Assembly (NCBI GenBank): GCA_027489275.1
Contig: JAIYAB010000019.1
Coordinates: 1-55,639, forward strand
DNA: 55,639 nucleotides
From: Hyphomicrobiales bacterium
Lineage (GTDB): Bacteria > Pseudomonadota > Alphaproteobacteria > Rhizobiales > Beijerinckiaceae
Reading direction: 5' to 3'
In this document: positions 29,752 to 39,000 of the stretch, piece by piece
How positions within the stretch are numbered: the stretch's first letter is position 1
Layout of the letters: every line of letters begins with the position of its first letter
Notes under the pieces: model-generated
The model's database searches: none
Told to the model about the DNA's origin: nothing
Seen by the model: only the letters and a program-made list of their open reading frames with translations
Program-made: the position numbers and the translations under genes

Positions 29752-30686
29752 GTGCGCCTCATCTGCCGGGCAACGCCTTGCGCGACGATGATCAGCAACG
29801 CCAGCCCGAATAGCGTGACGACCGACATGGCCGAGCCATAGCCCATGCGGTCCTCCGTGAAGAAGCGCCGGTAGATGCTGAAGCTCACCACCTCGGTGGA
29901 CGTCCCGGGTCCTCCGCCCGTCAGCAGGAACACCTCGTCGAACACCTTGAAGGCGACGATCAGCCGGAAGAGCAGCGTCACCGCGATGGTGGGCAGCATC
30001 AGGGGCAGGATGATGTGGCGCAGCTCCTGCCAGAACCCGGCCCCGTCGATCCGCGCCGCCTCGAAGACGTCCTGCGGAAGGGACTCCAGGCCGGCCAGCA
30101 GGAGGAGGAAGCAGAAGGGCGTCCAGTGCCAGATGTCGACCACGATCACCGAGGCCAGCGCGAGGCTGCGATCGCCCAGGAAGTCGCGCGGCATCATGCC
30201 GACCAGGCCGATCGCCTGGTTGATGATGCCGAAGTCGAAATTGTACATCAGTTTCCACATCGCCCCGATGACGATGCCGGGAACGAGGATCGGCAGGACG
30301 AATATCGTCCGGTAGATCACCCGCCCGTGGAAGACGCGGCTGGTGAGCACCGCCAGGAAGAAGCCGAGCAGCATCTGCACCGCCACGGCGACCGTCGCGA
30401 AGACGGCGGTATTGCCGATCCCGGCCTTGAACAGGGGATCGTTGGCCAGCGCCGCGTAATGGCGCAGGCCGACGGGGGTCCACGTCGCCCTGCCCTGCTG
30501 CCAGGTGATGTCGTGAAACGACATCACCACGAGGTTGGCGATCGGCAGCAGCGTGAGGATCAGAAACAGCAGGATGCTCGGCGCAAGCGACACGCCGGGC
30601 CAGAAGCGATCCAGCAACCCGCCGCGGATCGCCGGCGTGGCCGGCAACGCCGCGGCGGAGAGCTCGTTGCTGCCGAGGACGGTCAT
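29748..30686 (-). CDS. CUT1 ABC permease (MalF-like)
   Basis: DIWHWTPF, EAARIDGA, FKVFDEVFLLTGGGPG. Confidence 0.93.
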   Translation of the reverse strand: MTVLGSNELSAAALPATPAIRGGLLDRFWPGVSLAPSILLFLILTLLPIANLVVMSFHDITWQQGRATWTPVGLRHYAALANDPLFKAGIGNTAVFATVAVAVQMLLGFFLAVLTSRVFHGRVIYRTIFVLPILVPGIVIGAMWKLMYNFDFGIINQAIGLVGMMPRDFLGDRSLALASVIVVDIWHWTPFCFLLLLAGLESLPQDVFEAARIDGAGFWQELRHIILPLMLPTIAVTLLFRLIVAFKVFDEVFLLTGGGPGTSTEVVSFSIYRRFFTEDRMGYGSAMSVVTLFGLALLIIVAQGVARQMRRT

Positions 30687-30693
30687 GAGGCGG

Positions 30694-32046
30694 TCAAGTC
30701 AGATCGGGCAGCCGCCCGGTCTTGTAGCCGCCCTTTTCGATGACCTCGTGGATCTCCTTGGCGCAGGCGTTCAGCGCAGCGGCGGGTGTCATCTCGCCCG
30801 TGACCGCCTGGTTGAGACGCAGTTCCGTGATGGCGACGATCTGCGCGCCTTCCGGGATAGTCCACATCTGCCGGCCCAGCGGAAGTCCTTCCTGCATCGC
30901 CTTCATCCAGCGGTTGGCCGGCTCCTTGGCCATGTCGGACGCCATGACATCGAGCCGGACCGGAGGCGCGCCCGCCTTGGTGTACTCGACCTGCGCCTTG
31001 TAGGTCTGGAACCAGTTCATGAAGGCGAGAGCCGCCTGTTGGCGGTCCTTCGGCACGTTCTTCGGGATCCCGCCGAGCCAGTGGCCCACGGTCGGCGCCG
31101 GCTTGAAGCCCGGCGCGGACGGCGGCAGGGCGAGGTTCATCTTGCCGACGACGGCCGACTTGGACGGGTCGTCCATCTGCGCCCAGGCCGCGATGACGAG
31201 GATGGCGTGAGCCGCCTTCCCGGTGACCACGTTCTGGATCACCTGCGCCTGCGCTTGGCCGCCCGTGTTGGGGTGGCCGGCCTCCTTGGCGAGACGCACG
31301 TAATATTCGAGCGCCGCTTTGCCGTTGGGGCTGTTGATGGTGACGGTGAAGTCACCCGCCTTCTCGTCTTTGAAGAGTTCGCCGCCGAAGCCGTTGAAAT
31401 AGGGGAACCAGTCATAGGTGACGTCGGAGGGGCCGCGGGCGCCGCGCTGCACGATGCCGTACATCTGCGGCGGGTTGTGCAGGGCCTTGGCATTGGCGAG
31501 GAGCTCGTCCCACGTCGTGGGAACCTTGAGGCCCTTCTGCTGGTAGAGATCCGCCCGGTAGTAGAGCAGAGGGATGTTCGGGTTGATCGGCACCGACATC
31601 AGCTTGCCCTTCGACGAATTCGTCTTCGTCACCGGGTCGAAAAAGACCGTGTCGTCGAAGGTCGGGATCGCAGGGTCGAGCTTGAAAGACGGGTCGATGT
31701 CGTTGATCGGGGTCAGGAACCCCCCGTGGTACATTTCGGCGTAGAAGAGCCCGTTCATGATCAGCAGGTCGAACAGACCTTGCGCCGCACGCACCGAGTT
31801 GCGTTGCTTCTCGAGGCTACCGGCAAACGGGTTGACGTCGAGATTGACCTTGTTGCCGGTCTCCTTCTCGTAAAGCTCCACGATCTTGCGGAACCCGTCG
31901 AACCACGGCGACTGGTTGATGACGATCGTCATCGGCACCTGTCTGGGCGTCTGCGCCCGCGCCCCCGTGCCGAGAACGAGGCTGGTGGTCGCTACCGCCC
32001 CGGCCATCTGGAGCGCGGTGCGCCGGTCGATCCGTCCGTCGGACAT
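30694..32046 (-). CDS. CUT1 ABC substrate-binding protein, Tat-type signal
   Basis: MSDGRIDRRTALQ signal, AGGGAGG RBS, YYRADLY..VPTTWDE; paralogue of 18106-19464. Confidence 0.92.
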   Translation of the reverse strand: MSDGRIDRRTALQMAGAVATTSLVLGTGARAQTPRQVPMTIVINQSPWFDGFRKIVELYEKETGNKVNLDVNPFAGSLEKQRNSVRAAQGLFDLLIMNGLFYAEMYHGGFLTPINDIDPSFKLDPAIPTFDDTVFFDPVTKTNSSKGKLMSVPINPNIPLLYYRADLYQQKGLKVPTTWDELLANAKALHNPPQMYGIVQRGARGPSDVTYDWFPYFNGFGGELFKDEKAGDFTVTINSPNGKAALEYYVRLAKEAGHPNTGGQAQAQVIQNVVTGKAAHAILVIAAWAQMDDPSKSAVVGKMNLALPPSAPGFKPAPTVGHWLGGIPKNVPKDRQQAALAFMNWFQTYKAQVEYTKAGAPPVRLDVMASDMAKEPANRWMKAMQEGLPLGRQMWTIPEGAQIVAITELRLNQAVTGEMTPAAALNACAKEIHEVIEKGGYKTGRLPDLT

Positions 32047-32090
32047 CGTAACCTCCCTTATGGTGCGTCCCGTGGTCGGGATCGCGTTGA

Positions 32091-33026
32091 TCATCGGCCG
32101 AAAAGACGACGTCCGGCCCGCGCTTCCATCACACGCCACGTGGCGGTGTATTCATCCTCGGCGAAGCCGCTTTCCATGGCCTCGGAGTACATGGCATCGA
32201 CATCGGCGAGGAGAGGCAACGGAAGGCCTGATGCCTGCGCCAGCGCCATGACGAGATGCATGTCCTTGGCTGCGATGCGCAGCCGACCCGATCCGCTGTC
32301 GCGGCAGAGCGCCACATCTTCCGCGTGCTCCCGGAAATAGGTCGATCCGCCGATGCCGCCCGCCTCGTTCACGAGGCCGGCGAAAGCGACGGGATCGACG
32401 CCGCTGGCACGGGCCAGGGCGAGGATCTCGGTCGTGGCGATCGCGCTGATGTAGCCGAGCGCGTTCTGCAGGAGCTTCACGCGGCTCGCCGCGCCGTTGC
32501 CCCCGAGATAACGCCAGTCTCTCCCCATGACGGCGAGCAGGGGCGCCACCGCGTCGGCGACGGCCCGGTCGCCGGACACGATGAAGAAGATCTGTCCGCT
32601 CTCGGCCTGCGTGCGCCGGCCGATGAGTACGGTTTCGATATGGCGCACGCCAGCATCCGCCATGCTCCGGGCAAGCTCCTCGGAGAGCTCGGGCGAAATC
32701 GTTGAGCATTCGCAGGTGACGAGGCCCGCGCGCGCGCCGGCCAGGATACCGTTCTCGCCCCGGTAGACGGCGCGCACCGCTTCCTCGCTGGGCAGACACG
32801 TGAACACGGCGCCGCACGCGGCAGCGACCGCCGCCGGCGATGCGGCGGCGCGCACGCCCGAGTTGGCCCCGCAGCGGGCAAGGGCCGCGGCGTCGACGTC
32901 AAACACGACGACATCATGCCCTGCCGACGCCAGATTGGCGGCCATGGGGCCGCCCATCACGCCCAGGCCGACGAAGCCGACCGCCCGGGATGCCAAGTCG
33001 ACGGGAACACCTGCGACCTCAGCCAT
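32091..33026 (-). CDS. Beta-hydroxyacid dehydrogenase (3-hydroxyisobutyrate DH / tartronate semialdehyde reductase family)
   Basis: GFVGLGVMGGPMAANL, catalytic-region VKLLQN, AKDM. Confidence 0.88.
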   Translation of the reverse strand: MAEVAGVPVDLASRAVGFVGLGVMGGPMAANLASAGHDVVVFDVDAAALARCGANSGVRAAASPAAVAAACGAVFTCLPSEEAVRAVYRGENGILAGARAGLVTCECSTISPELSEELARSMADAGVRHIETVLIGRRTQAESGQIFFIVSGDRAVADAVAPLLAVMGRDWRYLGGNGAASRVKLLQNALGYISAIATTEILALARASGVDPVAFAGLVNEAGGIGGSTYFREHAEDVALCRDSGSGRLRIAAKDMHLVMALAQASGLPLPLLADVDAMYSEAMESGFAEDEYTATWRVMEARAGRRLFGR

Positions 33027-33111
33027 TGCGGGTCGGCACTCCTTCAATGACGGCAAGCGGCAAGTCTAGGAAACCACCTGCCATCCCACAAATAGCTTCG
33101 GACAAGCTCCC

Positions 33112-33128
33112 CATAGCGCGGAGCTATG
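33112..33128. promoter_or_regulatory. LysR box CATAGC-N5-GCTATG (perfect dyad)
   Basis: Perfect inverted repeat CCATAGC-N5-GCTATGG, 86 bp upstream of the dehydrogenase start; overlaps the sulfatase stop. Confidence 0.6.
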
Positions 33129-34644
33129 GCTTCGGGTCGAGGCCGAGCCGGACGAACGCCTCCGGCGGCCCGTCGTTGGCGTGCATCATGTCCTTCATGA
33201 GGGCGAGCATCTTCGCCTCGATGGCCGGATCGTTCATCGGACGGTCCTGCCCGGGATCCTCGGCGAGGTCGTAGAGGCGCGTCTCGTCCTCCAGAAGTCC
33301 GCCCGGCCCGTAGATCCCGAAGAACGGAGAGCGATCGTTGACCGGAACCTTCAGAAGCGGGACGCCGCGCGTGAAGGCAAGCGGTTCGGACAGGGTCGCT
33401 CCCGACAGTTCCTCGACGCTGAACGGTTCGAAGATGTGGGTCGGCATCACAGTGTACTGGTAGATTTCCTGCTTGAGCAGGTCCGCCGGATAACGATGGT
33501 AGGTGTAGCGCCCGTCCGCCACGTTCACCGCTCCTCCGAAGTAACCGAAAAGCACGCCGCGCCGCGGAGTCTCGTCGCGGGCGAGCACGTTCATCAGCGA
33601 GTGGCCCTGCATCTCCGGCGCGTGCGGCTGGCCGAACATGTCCAGGAATGTCTGCGGGAAGTCGATCGTCTGCGTGAGCGATGTCCGCCGCGAGCCCGCC
33701 GCCGCCGCATGGGCCGGGTGGTGGACGAAAAGCGGGATGTGCACGATCTCCTCGTAGAGGTTCATGCGATTCTTGGCCCAGAAATCGTGCTCGCCAAGGA
33801 GGAAGCCATGGTCCGTCGAGACGACGAGGGCGGTGTCCTTCCACAGGTCGTTGGCGTCGAAGTAGTCGAGCAACTGGCCCATCAGGAAGTCGCACAACGC
33901 CATCGTCGCGTAGTAGTTGGCCCGCAGTTCCTCGCACTCCTCAGGCAACTCGTCGACGCGCCCGTAGCGCGGCCAGTCCCGCACCGGTCCGGTCCAGCCG
34001 GTGTCGAAGGGCTGCTTGAACCGCGCCGGGGCAGTGAACGGCTCGTGCGGATCGAACGTCTCGATCTGGAGGAACCAGTCGTCCGCAGACTTGTTCGTGT
34101 CGAGGAACTCAAGCCCCCGCGCAAAGCACTGGACGGAGGGGAAATCCTGCTCGTCGCGAATGAATTCGCGGTTCACCATGTTATGACGGAAGTATTCGCG
34201 CTGACCCTCGCTGTACTGCCGCTCATGATATTTTTCCCGCAGGCGCTCCCAGTGCGGCTGCACCATGGCCTTCCAGGCATCGCCCTCCTGACCGCGGATG
34301 AACTCGTACGAGTCGTAGCGATTGTGATAGGTGCCACCACCATCTTCGAAGTAATGGAAGTGGTCGGTGATCAGGTGGCTGTAGACACCACCCTTGCACA
34401 GCAGTTCGGGAAAGGAGTTGTCGAAGGGCTCCAGCGGCCCCCAGCTGCGATGCAGGAAGCTGAGGCGGCCAGACTGCATGTCGCGTCGGGCCGGCATGCA
34501 CGGAAGGCTGCCGACATAATGATTGTCGAACGTAACGGCGCGCTTCGCCAGTCGGTCGAAGTTCGGCGTGGGGACGCGCTTGCCGCCGTAGGGCGACAGC
34601 ATGTGTCGGTTGAGACTGTCGAACAGGACGAAGACACAGCGCAT
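33124..34644 (-). CDS. Cys-type sulfatase, no signal peptide
   Basis: FDSLNR, PCMPARRDMQSG, FDPHEP, STDHG. Confidence 0.93.
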   Translation of the reverse strand: MRCVFVLFDSLNRHMLSPYGGKRVPTPNFDRLAKRAVTFDNHYVGSLPCMPARRDMQSGRLSFLHRSWGPLEPFDNSFPELLCKGGVYSHLITDHFHYFEDGGGTYHNRYDSYEFIRGQEGDAWKAMVQPHWERLREKYHERQYSEGQREYFRHNMVNREFIRDEQDFPSVQCFARGLEFLDTNKSADDWFLQIETFDPHEPFTAPARFKQPFDTGWTGPVRDWPRYGRVDELPEECEELRANYYATMALCDFLMGQLLDYFDANDLWKDTALVVSTDHGFLLGEHDFWAKNRMNLYEEIVHIPLFVHHPAHAAAAGSRRTSLTQTIDFPQTFLDMFGQPHAPEMQGHSLMNVLARDETPRRGVLFGYFGGAVNVADGRYTYHRYPADLLKQEIYQYTVMPTHIFEPFSVEELSGATLSEPLAFTRGVPLLKVPVNDRSPFFGIYGPGGLLEDETRLYDLAEDPGQDRPMNDPAIEAKMLALMKDMMHANDGPPEAFVRLGLDPKP

Positions 34645-34720
34645 CGGATCCCCCCGGTCATCGTTGTGATGACGGTGTCACGCCACGCACCGCCCCACAA
34701 CTGAGTTCGGCGCCGCGAGA

Positions 34721-34737
34721 CATAGCCGCCAGCAATC
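34721..34737. promoter_or_regulatory. LysR box CATAGC-N5-GCAATC
   Basis: T-N11-A dyad 77 bp upstream of the sulfatase start 34644. Confidence 0.5.
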
Positions 34738-34742
34738 GCAGT

Positions 34743-35651
34743 TCAATTGCGCGGATCCGCTGCCGCCAGCTCCGACAGCCCGGCGAACAACGCCTCAAGC
34801 GTCGGGCTCTTGGCCTGCCCGCGCCGCGTGATGAAACCGGCCGTGCGCTCGGCTGCGAGGTCCGGCACGTCGATGATCACCATCCCCGTCGCCTCCGCCT
34901 GCTCGACCGTCCGTCGCGTCGTGTAGGTCAGCGCATCGCTGGCTCCGAGCATGGCGACGATGAAGGCGCCCGACTCCGTTTCGACCGTAGCATCGGGCGG
35001 CGGCAGTTCCCGGGATACGAAAAGTGAGTCAAGGCGACGCCGCGTCCGCGTTGCGCGCGGGGGCAGCACCCACGGAAATGCCAGGCAGTCCGCCGCCGAA
35101 ATGGAGCCAGCGTCGGCGAGCGGATGGCCTTCGCGGGCGATGACGACCAGCGTGTCGGACGCGAGTGGACTGACATCGAGGTCGGTACACTCCTCGACGG
35201 AGGGGATCTCCACAAGGGCGGCATCGATTTCGCCGAGACGCAACCCGCGCAGCAGGGCCTCGTCGAAGCCGCCGACGACCTGAATGCGCACCAGCGGGCG
35301 TTCCTCGATCAACTGACCGACGGCGCGGGGAAGCACGCGGCGCAGCCATGATGGTCCGGCTCCGACGGTAATGCGGCCCGATACGCCCTGCCGGAGGCTT
35401 TCGATCTCGCCGAGGGCCTCCTTGACCTGCACGCGCACCGAGCGCGCATGCCGCGCGAGGCTCACGCCAAACGGCGTCAGTTCCACCCCGCGCGGCAGGC
35501 GACGGAACAACTGGACGCCCAGATCCTGCTCGAGCAGGCGAATGCTCTTCGTCAGCGACGGTTGGGTAATGCGCAGTTCGACGGCCGCGGCCGTGAAGCT
35601 GCGTCGCTCGGCGATCTTGAGGAAATATTCGAGCTGCCGAAGGTCGATCAT
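34743..35651 (-). CDS. LysR family transcriptional regulator
   Basis: MIDLRQLEYF..SFTAAAVELRITQPSLTKSIRLLE HTH; ATGA overlap. Confidence 0.95.
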   Translation of the reverse strand: MIDLRQLEYFLKIAERRSFTAAAVELRITQPSLTKSIRLLEQDLGVQLFRRLPRGVELTPFGVSLARHARSVRVQVKEALGEIESLRQGVSGRITVGAGPSWLRRVLPRAVGQLIEERPLVRIQVVGGFDEALLRGLRLGEIDAALVEIPSVEECTDLDVSPLASDTLVVIAREGHPLADAGSISAADCLAFPWVLPPRATRTRRRLDSLFVSRELPPPDATVETESGAFIVAMLGASDALTYTTRRTVEQAEATGMVIIDVPDLAAERTAGFITRRGQAKSPTLEALFAGLSELAAADPRN

Positions 35652-36382
35652 GAGGCCACCTCGCTCTCCAGCGCGGCAAGGATATTCGCCTTCACCGTCG
35701 CGGCAGCGGCTTCGTCCCAGCACCAGCGGTCCGGAAACATCCAGCCATGCCCGGCAGCGAGGCGTTCGGCCTCCCCCCGGACCCCCGACGCCACCAGCGT
35801 CTCGCGCAGCAGGGTCTGATGGTCATCGGGGCAGGTGTCGTCATCGGTCGCGAAAGCAAGGTAGAGCCTGCCCCTGACTTTCGGAATCAGCAGATGCGGC
35901 GAATCCGGACCGTCCCACACCATCCGCCCGCCATGCAGGCAGGCGGCAAAGCGGATCCTGTCCGGCCACGCCGCCGCGGCCGCGAGCGCGTGGCGTGCGC
36001 CCATGCAGTAGCCGACGGTCCCGAACCGGGAGACACGCCCGGGACCGTCGCCGCCGAAGCGGTCGAGGATGAGCCGCGTGTCCGACACGGTCATGTCCAT
36101 CGTGGTCGCGAGGTTCGCATCGACCATGGCGGGATCGAGCGGGTCTTCGCGACGGCGCGGAACAGCAAACCGCACACGTCCCTGTCGCCAATAGAGGTCT
36201 GGAAACAGGGTCAGGTATCCTTGGGAGGCCCATTCGCGGCACATCCCGTCGAGCTCCGGCCGCACGCCGAACGCGTCCATGTAGACGATCAACCCGCCGC
36301 GCGGCGCGGGCGGCGCGAAGACGCGCACCGGCACGACGCCCTCGGGCCCATCGAGCGGCACGTCCCGAACATCGATCGTCAC
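35648..36382 (-). CDS. Dienelactone hydrolase family protein
   Basis: YMDAFGVRP, PDLYWR, nucleophile GYCMGA, HGW; GTG start with GGAGGAG RBS. Confidence 0.9.
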   Translation of the reverse strand: MTIDVRDVPLDGPEGVVPVRVFAPPAPRGGLIVYMDAFGVRPELDGMCREWASQGYLTLFPDLYWRQGRVRFAVPRRREDPLDPAMVDANLATTMDMTVSDTRLILDRFGGDGPGRVSRFGTVGYCMGARHALAAAAAWPDRIRFAACLHGGRMVWDGPDSPHLLIPKVRGRLYLAFATDDDTCPDDHQTLLRETLVASGVRGEAERLAAGHGWMFPDRWCWDEAAAATVKANILAALESEVAS

Positions 36383-36437
36383 GAGCGCTCCTCCCAGGCC
36401 AGCGACCGGAGCGTGCGGCTGTCGAGCGCGCGCCGCG

Positions 36438-37892
36438 TCACGACGCCGGCTCGATCTCGGGGGCGGTGCCGGGAGCCGGCGTGTAGACGAGCAGCCCCTC
36501 GTTCCGAACGAGATCCATCCCGCCCCAGAATTCGACCTTTGCCCGCTGGTCGACCTTCGCGCGCCGGTCGACCTCCTCGGGGTCACAGATCGCGCGAAGC
36601 TGCCGCTCCAGCGCCGCGGTCTTCGCCTTGCCCTCGACAGTCGCGGCGAGGTCATTCGTCTCGTCCGGGTCGACGGCGATGTCGAACAGCTGGGGCGGGG
36701 CGTCGACGTCGTAGATCAGCTTCTCGCGCCCGGCCCGGAGCATGAAGCTGCCGGCCCGCGAGCCGGCCGCATGGTACTCGGCGAAGACCGGCGCCGGACG
36801 CGGCTGCCCGGCCATGACCGGCCAGAGGCTGCAGGCGTTCGCAGGCGCTTCGGACGCGAGACCGAACGCGTCGAGGATCGTCGGATAGAGGTCGATATGG
36901 GATACGGGCTCCTCGACGATCCGCCCCTCCGGCACGTCGGGCCCGGCCATGATCAGGGGGACGCCAGCCGATCCCTCGTAGAGATGGAACTTGCCCAGCA
37001 GCCCGTGCGCCCCGAGCATGTCGCCGTGGTCGCTCGTATAGATGACGCGGGTGTCGTCGGTGAGGCCCAGCCTTGCCAACGCCGCGAGAACCTCGCCGAT
37101 CTGCTCGTCGAGATGGGTGCACAGCGCGTAGTAGGCGCGCGCCACGTCGCGCAGCATCGGTTCCTCGAGGTCGCGCGTCGCGAAGATGTTGCGGTGATGC
37201 ACCGATGCCGGGTGCTCCGAGCGTTCGTCGGGCGAAAACCGCGGCGGCAGGGGTATGTCGGCGTCGCGATAGCGGTCGAGAAGGCGCCGGGGAACGGTGA
37301 AGGGCGGATGGGCGCTCACATACGAGACCATCAGCGCCCAGGGCTTGCTAGCGCGGCGAGCGTGCGCCTCGAGCCATTCGACGGCCTTGCGGGTGATGTC
37401 GACGTCGTAGGCCTGGTACGTGGTCGTGCCTTCGCCGCTCCGCTCGGCATAGAGCTCCCATTGCCCCACGTTCACGGGCTCCTCGCCGCACCAGCGCAGG
37501 AGCATGCTCACGCCGCCCTTCCCGCCGAGAATGTGCATCGTGCCGATCTCTTCGGTGAAGCCGTTGTCGTCCTCCAGGGAGCGGAAGTGCAGCTTGCCGA
37601 TGGCGGCGCAGCGATGTCCAGCCTCGCGCAGGCGATGGTGCCAGGTCGGCAAACGCCCGTCATAGGTGATGGCGTTGTCCCAGTACCCGGTCTCGTGCGG
37701 GTAACGCCCCGTGGCGATGGCAGCACGGGCCGGGCAACAGATCGGGCTGGCGGTGTAGGCCGCTGTGTACCGCGTGCCGCGGGCCGCCAGCGCGTCGAGA
37801 TTCGGTGTCTGCACGAGCCCGCCCGACGCGGAGCCCATGGCCGTCCGCGCGTGATTGTCGGACAGGATGAAGAGCAGGTTGGCGGGCTTCAT
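36438..37892 (-). CDS. Cys-type sulfatase, choline-sulfatase-like
   Basis: LSDNH, SPICCPARAAIATG, WDNA, IGKLHF, TSDHGD, EYHAAG. Confidence 0.93.
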   Translation of the reverse strand: MKPANLLFILSDNHARTAMGSASGGLVQTPNLDALAARGTRYTAAYTASPICCPARAAIATGRYPHETGYWDNAITYDGRLPTWHHRLREAGHRCAAIGKLHFRSLEDDNGFTEEIGTMHILGGKGGVSMLLRWCGEEPVNVGQWELYAERSGEGTTTYQAYDVDITRKAVEWLEAHARRASKPWALMVSYVSAHPPFTVPRRLLDRYRDADIPLPPRFSPDERSEHPASVHHRNIFATRDLEEPMLRDVARAYYALCTHLDEQIGEVLAALARLGLTDDTRVIYTSDHGDMLGAHGLLGKFHLYEGSAGVPLIMAGPDVPEGRIVEEPVSHIDLYPTILDAFGLASEAPANACSLWPVMAGQPRPAPVFAEYHAAGSRAGSFMLRAGREKLIYDVDAPPQLFDIAVDPDETNDLAATVEGKAKTAALERQLRAICDPEEVDRRAKVDQRAKVEFWGGMDLVRNEGLLVYTPAPGTAPEIEPAS

Positions 37893-37956
37893 CGCGGCCT
37901 CTTCCGTCCGGTGGTGGCGCCGTGGCCGCCGACCACGCGGCAGCCACGGCAGGCGG

Positions 37957-38958
37957 TCACGGCTTCTTCTCGGCGGCGGCCTGCTCGGCCTGCGCCTTGC
38001 GGACCTCCTGGCCCACGGTGACGATGGGCCCCTTCAACTCGTCGAGGGTGGCGCGAAGCTTCGCGCCGTCGACAAACCGGCGCTCGATCCCCAGCGCCGT
38101 GAGGCGTGACACCACCTCGGGATCGTCGAGCGCGGCCTGCAGCGCCTTCGCGACGACGTCGAGGCGGTCGCGGGGCGTGCCTTTCGGGGCGAAGGCCATG
38201 ACGCGCTCCTCGAACACCGTCTTGACGCCGATCTCCCGCGCCGTCGGTACGTCGGGTAGGTCCGGCACGCGGCTTTCCGAGAACATCACCAGCGGCTTGA
38301 TGCCCTGCTCCTTGTAGAGCACGAATTCCGAGCTGGCGAAGAGGGAAACCTCCGTGTGATTGCCCAGCAACGACTTAAGGCGGACCGCTCCGCCGCCCGA
38401 CTGAACGTAGCGCAGGCGGATACCCGCATCCTGCTGGAACATCAGCGGTACGAAGTGGGGAAGCAGGCCGATATTCATGGCCACGGTGATCGTGTCCGGC
38501 TTGGCCTTGGCCTCCGCGATCAGGTCCTGGATCGTCTTGAAGCGGCTGGTCGCGGTCACGCCGAGGCCGATGGGCGTGCGCCCGACCTGGCCGATCATCT
38601 CGAAAGCAGTGTGGTCGTAGTCGACCACGCCCATGGCGGGCGCGGTCAGCAGACCCATGTGGAACATGCCGATGGTGTAGCCATCAGCCTCGGCGTCACG
38701 CACGGTGCGAGTCCCGGCCGTACCGCCGGCCGCGGCGTTGTTGACGATGACAAGGGGCTGGGGCAGCAGCTTGTTCTTGTCGATGGTCTGCTGCAACAGA
38801 CGCGCCAGGACGTCCGTCTGGCCGCCGGGAGCGATCGGGATGATGGTGCGGATGGGCTTTTCCGGAAAGCCGGCCGCTCGGGCGCCTCGCCCGGCCAACG
38901 GCAGGGCCGCCGCTGCCGCCGCGCCCGCAATGACGGTTCTTCTGGTGAATCTGGTCAT
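37957..38958 (-). CDS. Tripartite tricarboxylate transporter substrate-binding protein (TctC/Bug)
   Basis: TRRTVI Tat-type signal, FPEKPI..PGGQTDVLAR, DGYT, LPDVPTARE. Confidence 0.92.
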   Translation of the reverse strand: MTRFTRRTVIAGAAAAAALPLAGRGARAAGFPEKPIRTIIPIAPGGQTDVLARLLQQTIDKNKLLPQPLVIVNNAAAGGTAGTRTVRDAEADGYTIGMFHMGLLTAPAMGVVDYDHTAFEMIGQVGRTPIGLGVTATSRFKTIQDLIAEAKAKPDTITVAMNIGLLPHFVPLMFQQDAGIRLRYVQSGGGAVRLKSLLGNHTEVSLFASSEFVLYKEQGIKPLVMFSESRVPDLPDVPTAREIGVKTVFEERVMAFAPKGTPRDRLDVVAKALQAALDDPEVVSRLTALGIERRFVDGAKLRATLDELKGPIVTVGQEVRKAQAEQAAAEKKP

Positions 38959-39000
38959 GGTGATCCTCCCCTTGCTGCCGGGTCGAGCCCGGTCCTTTCG

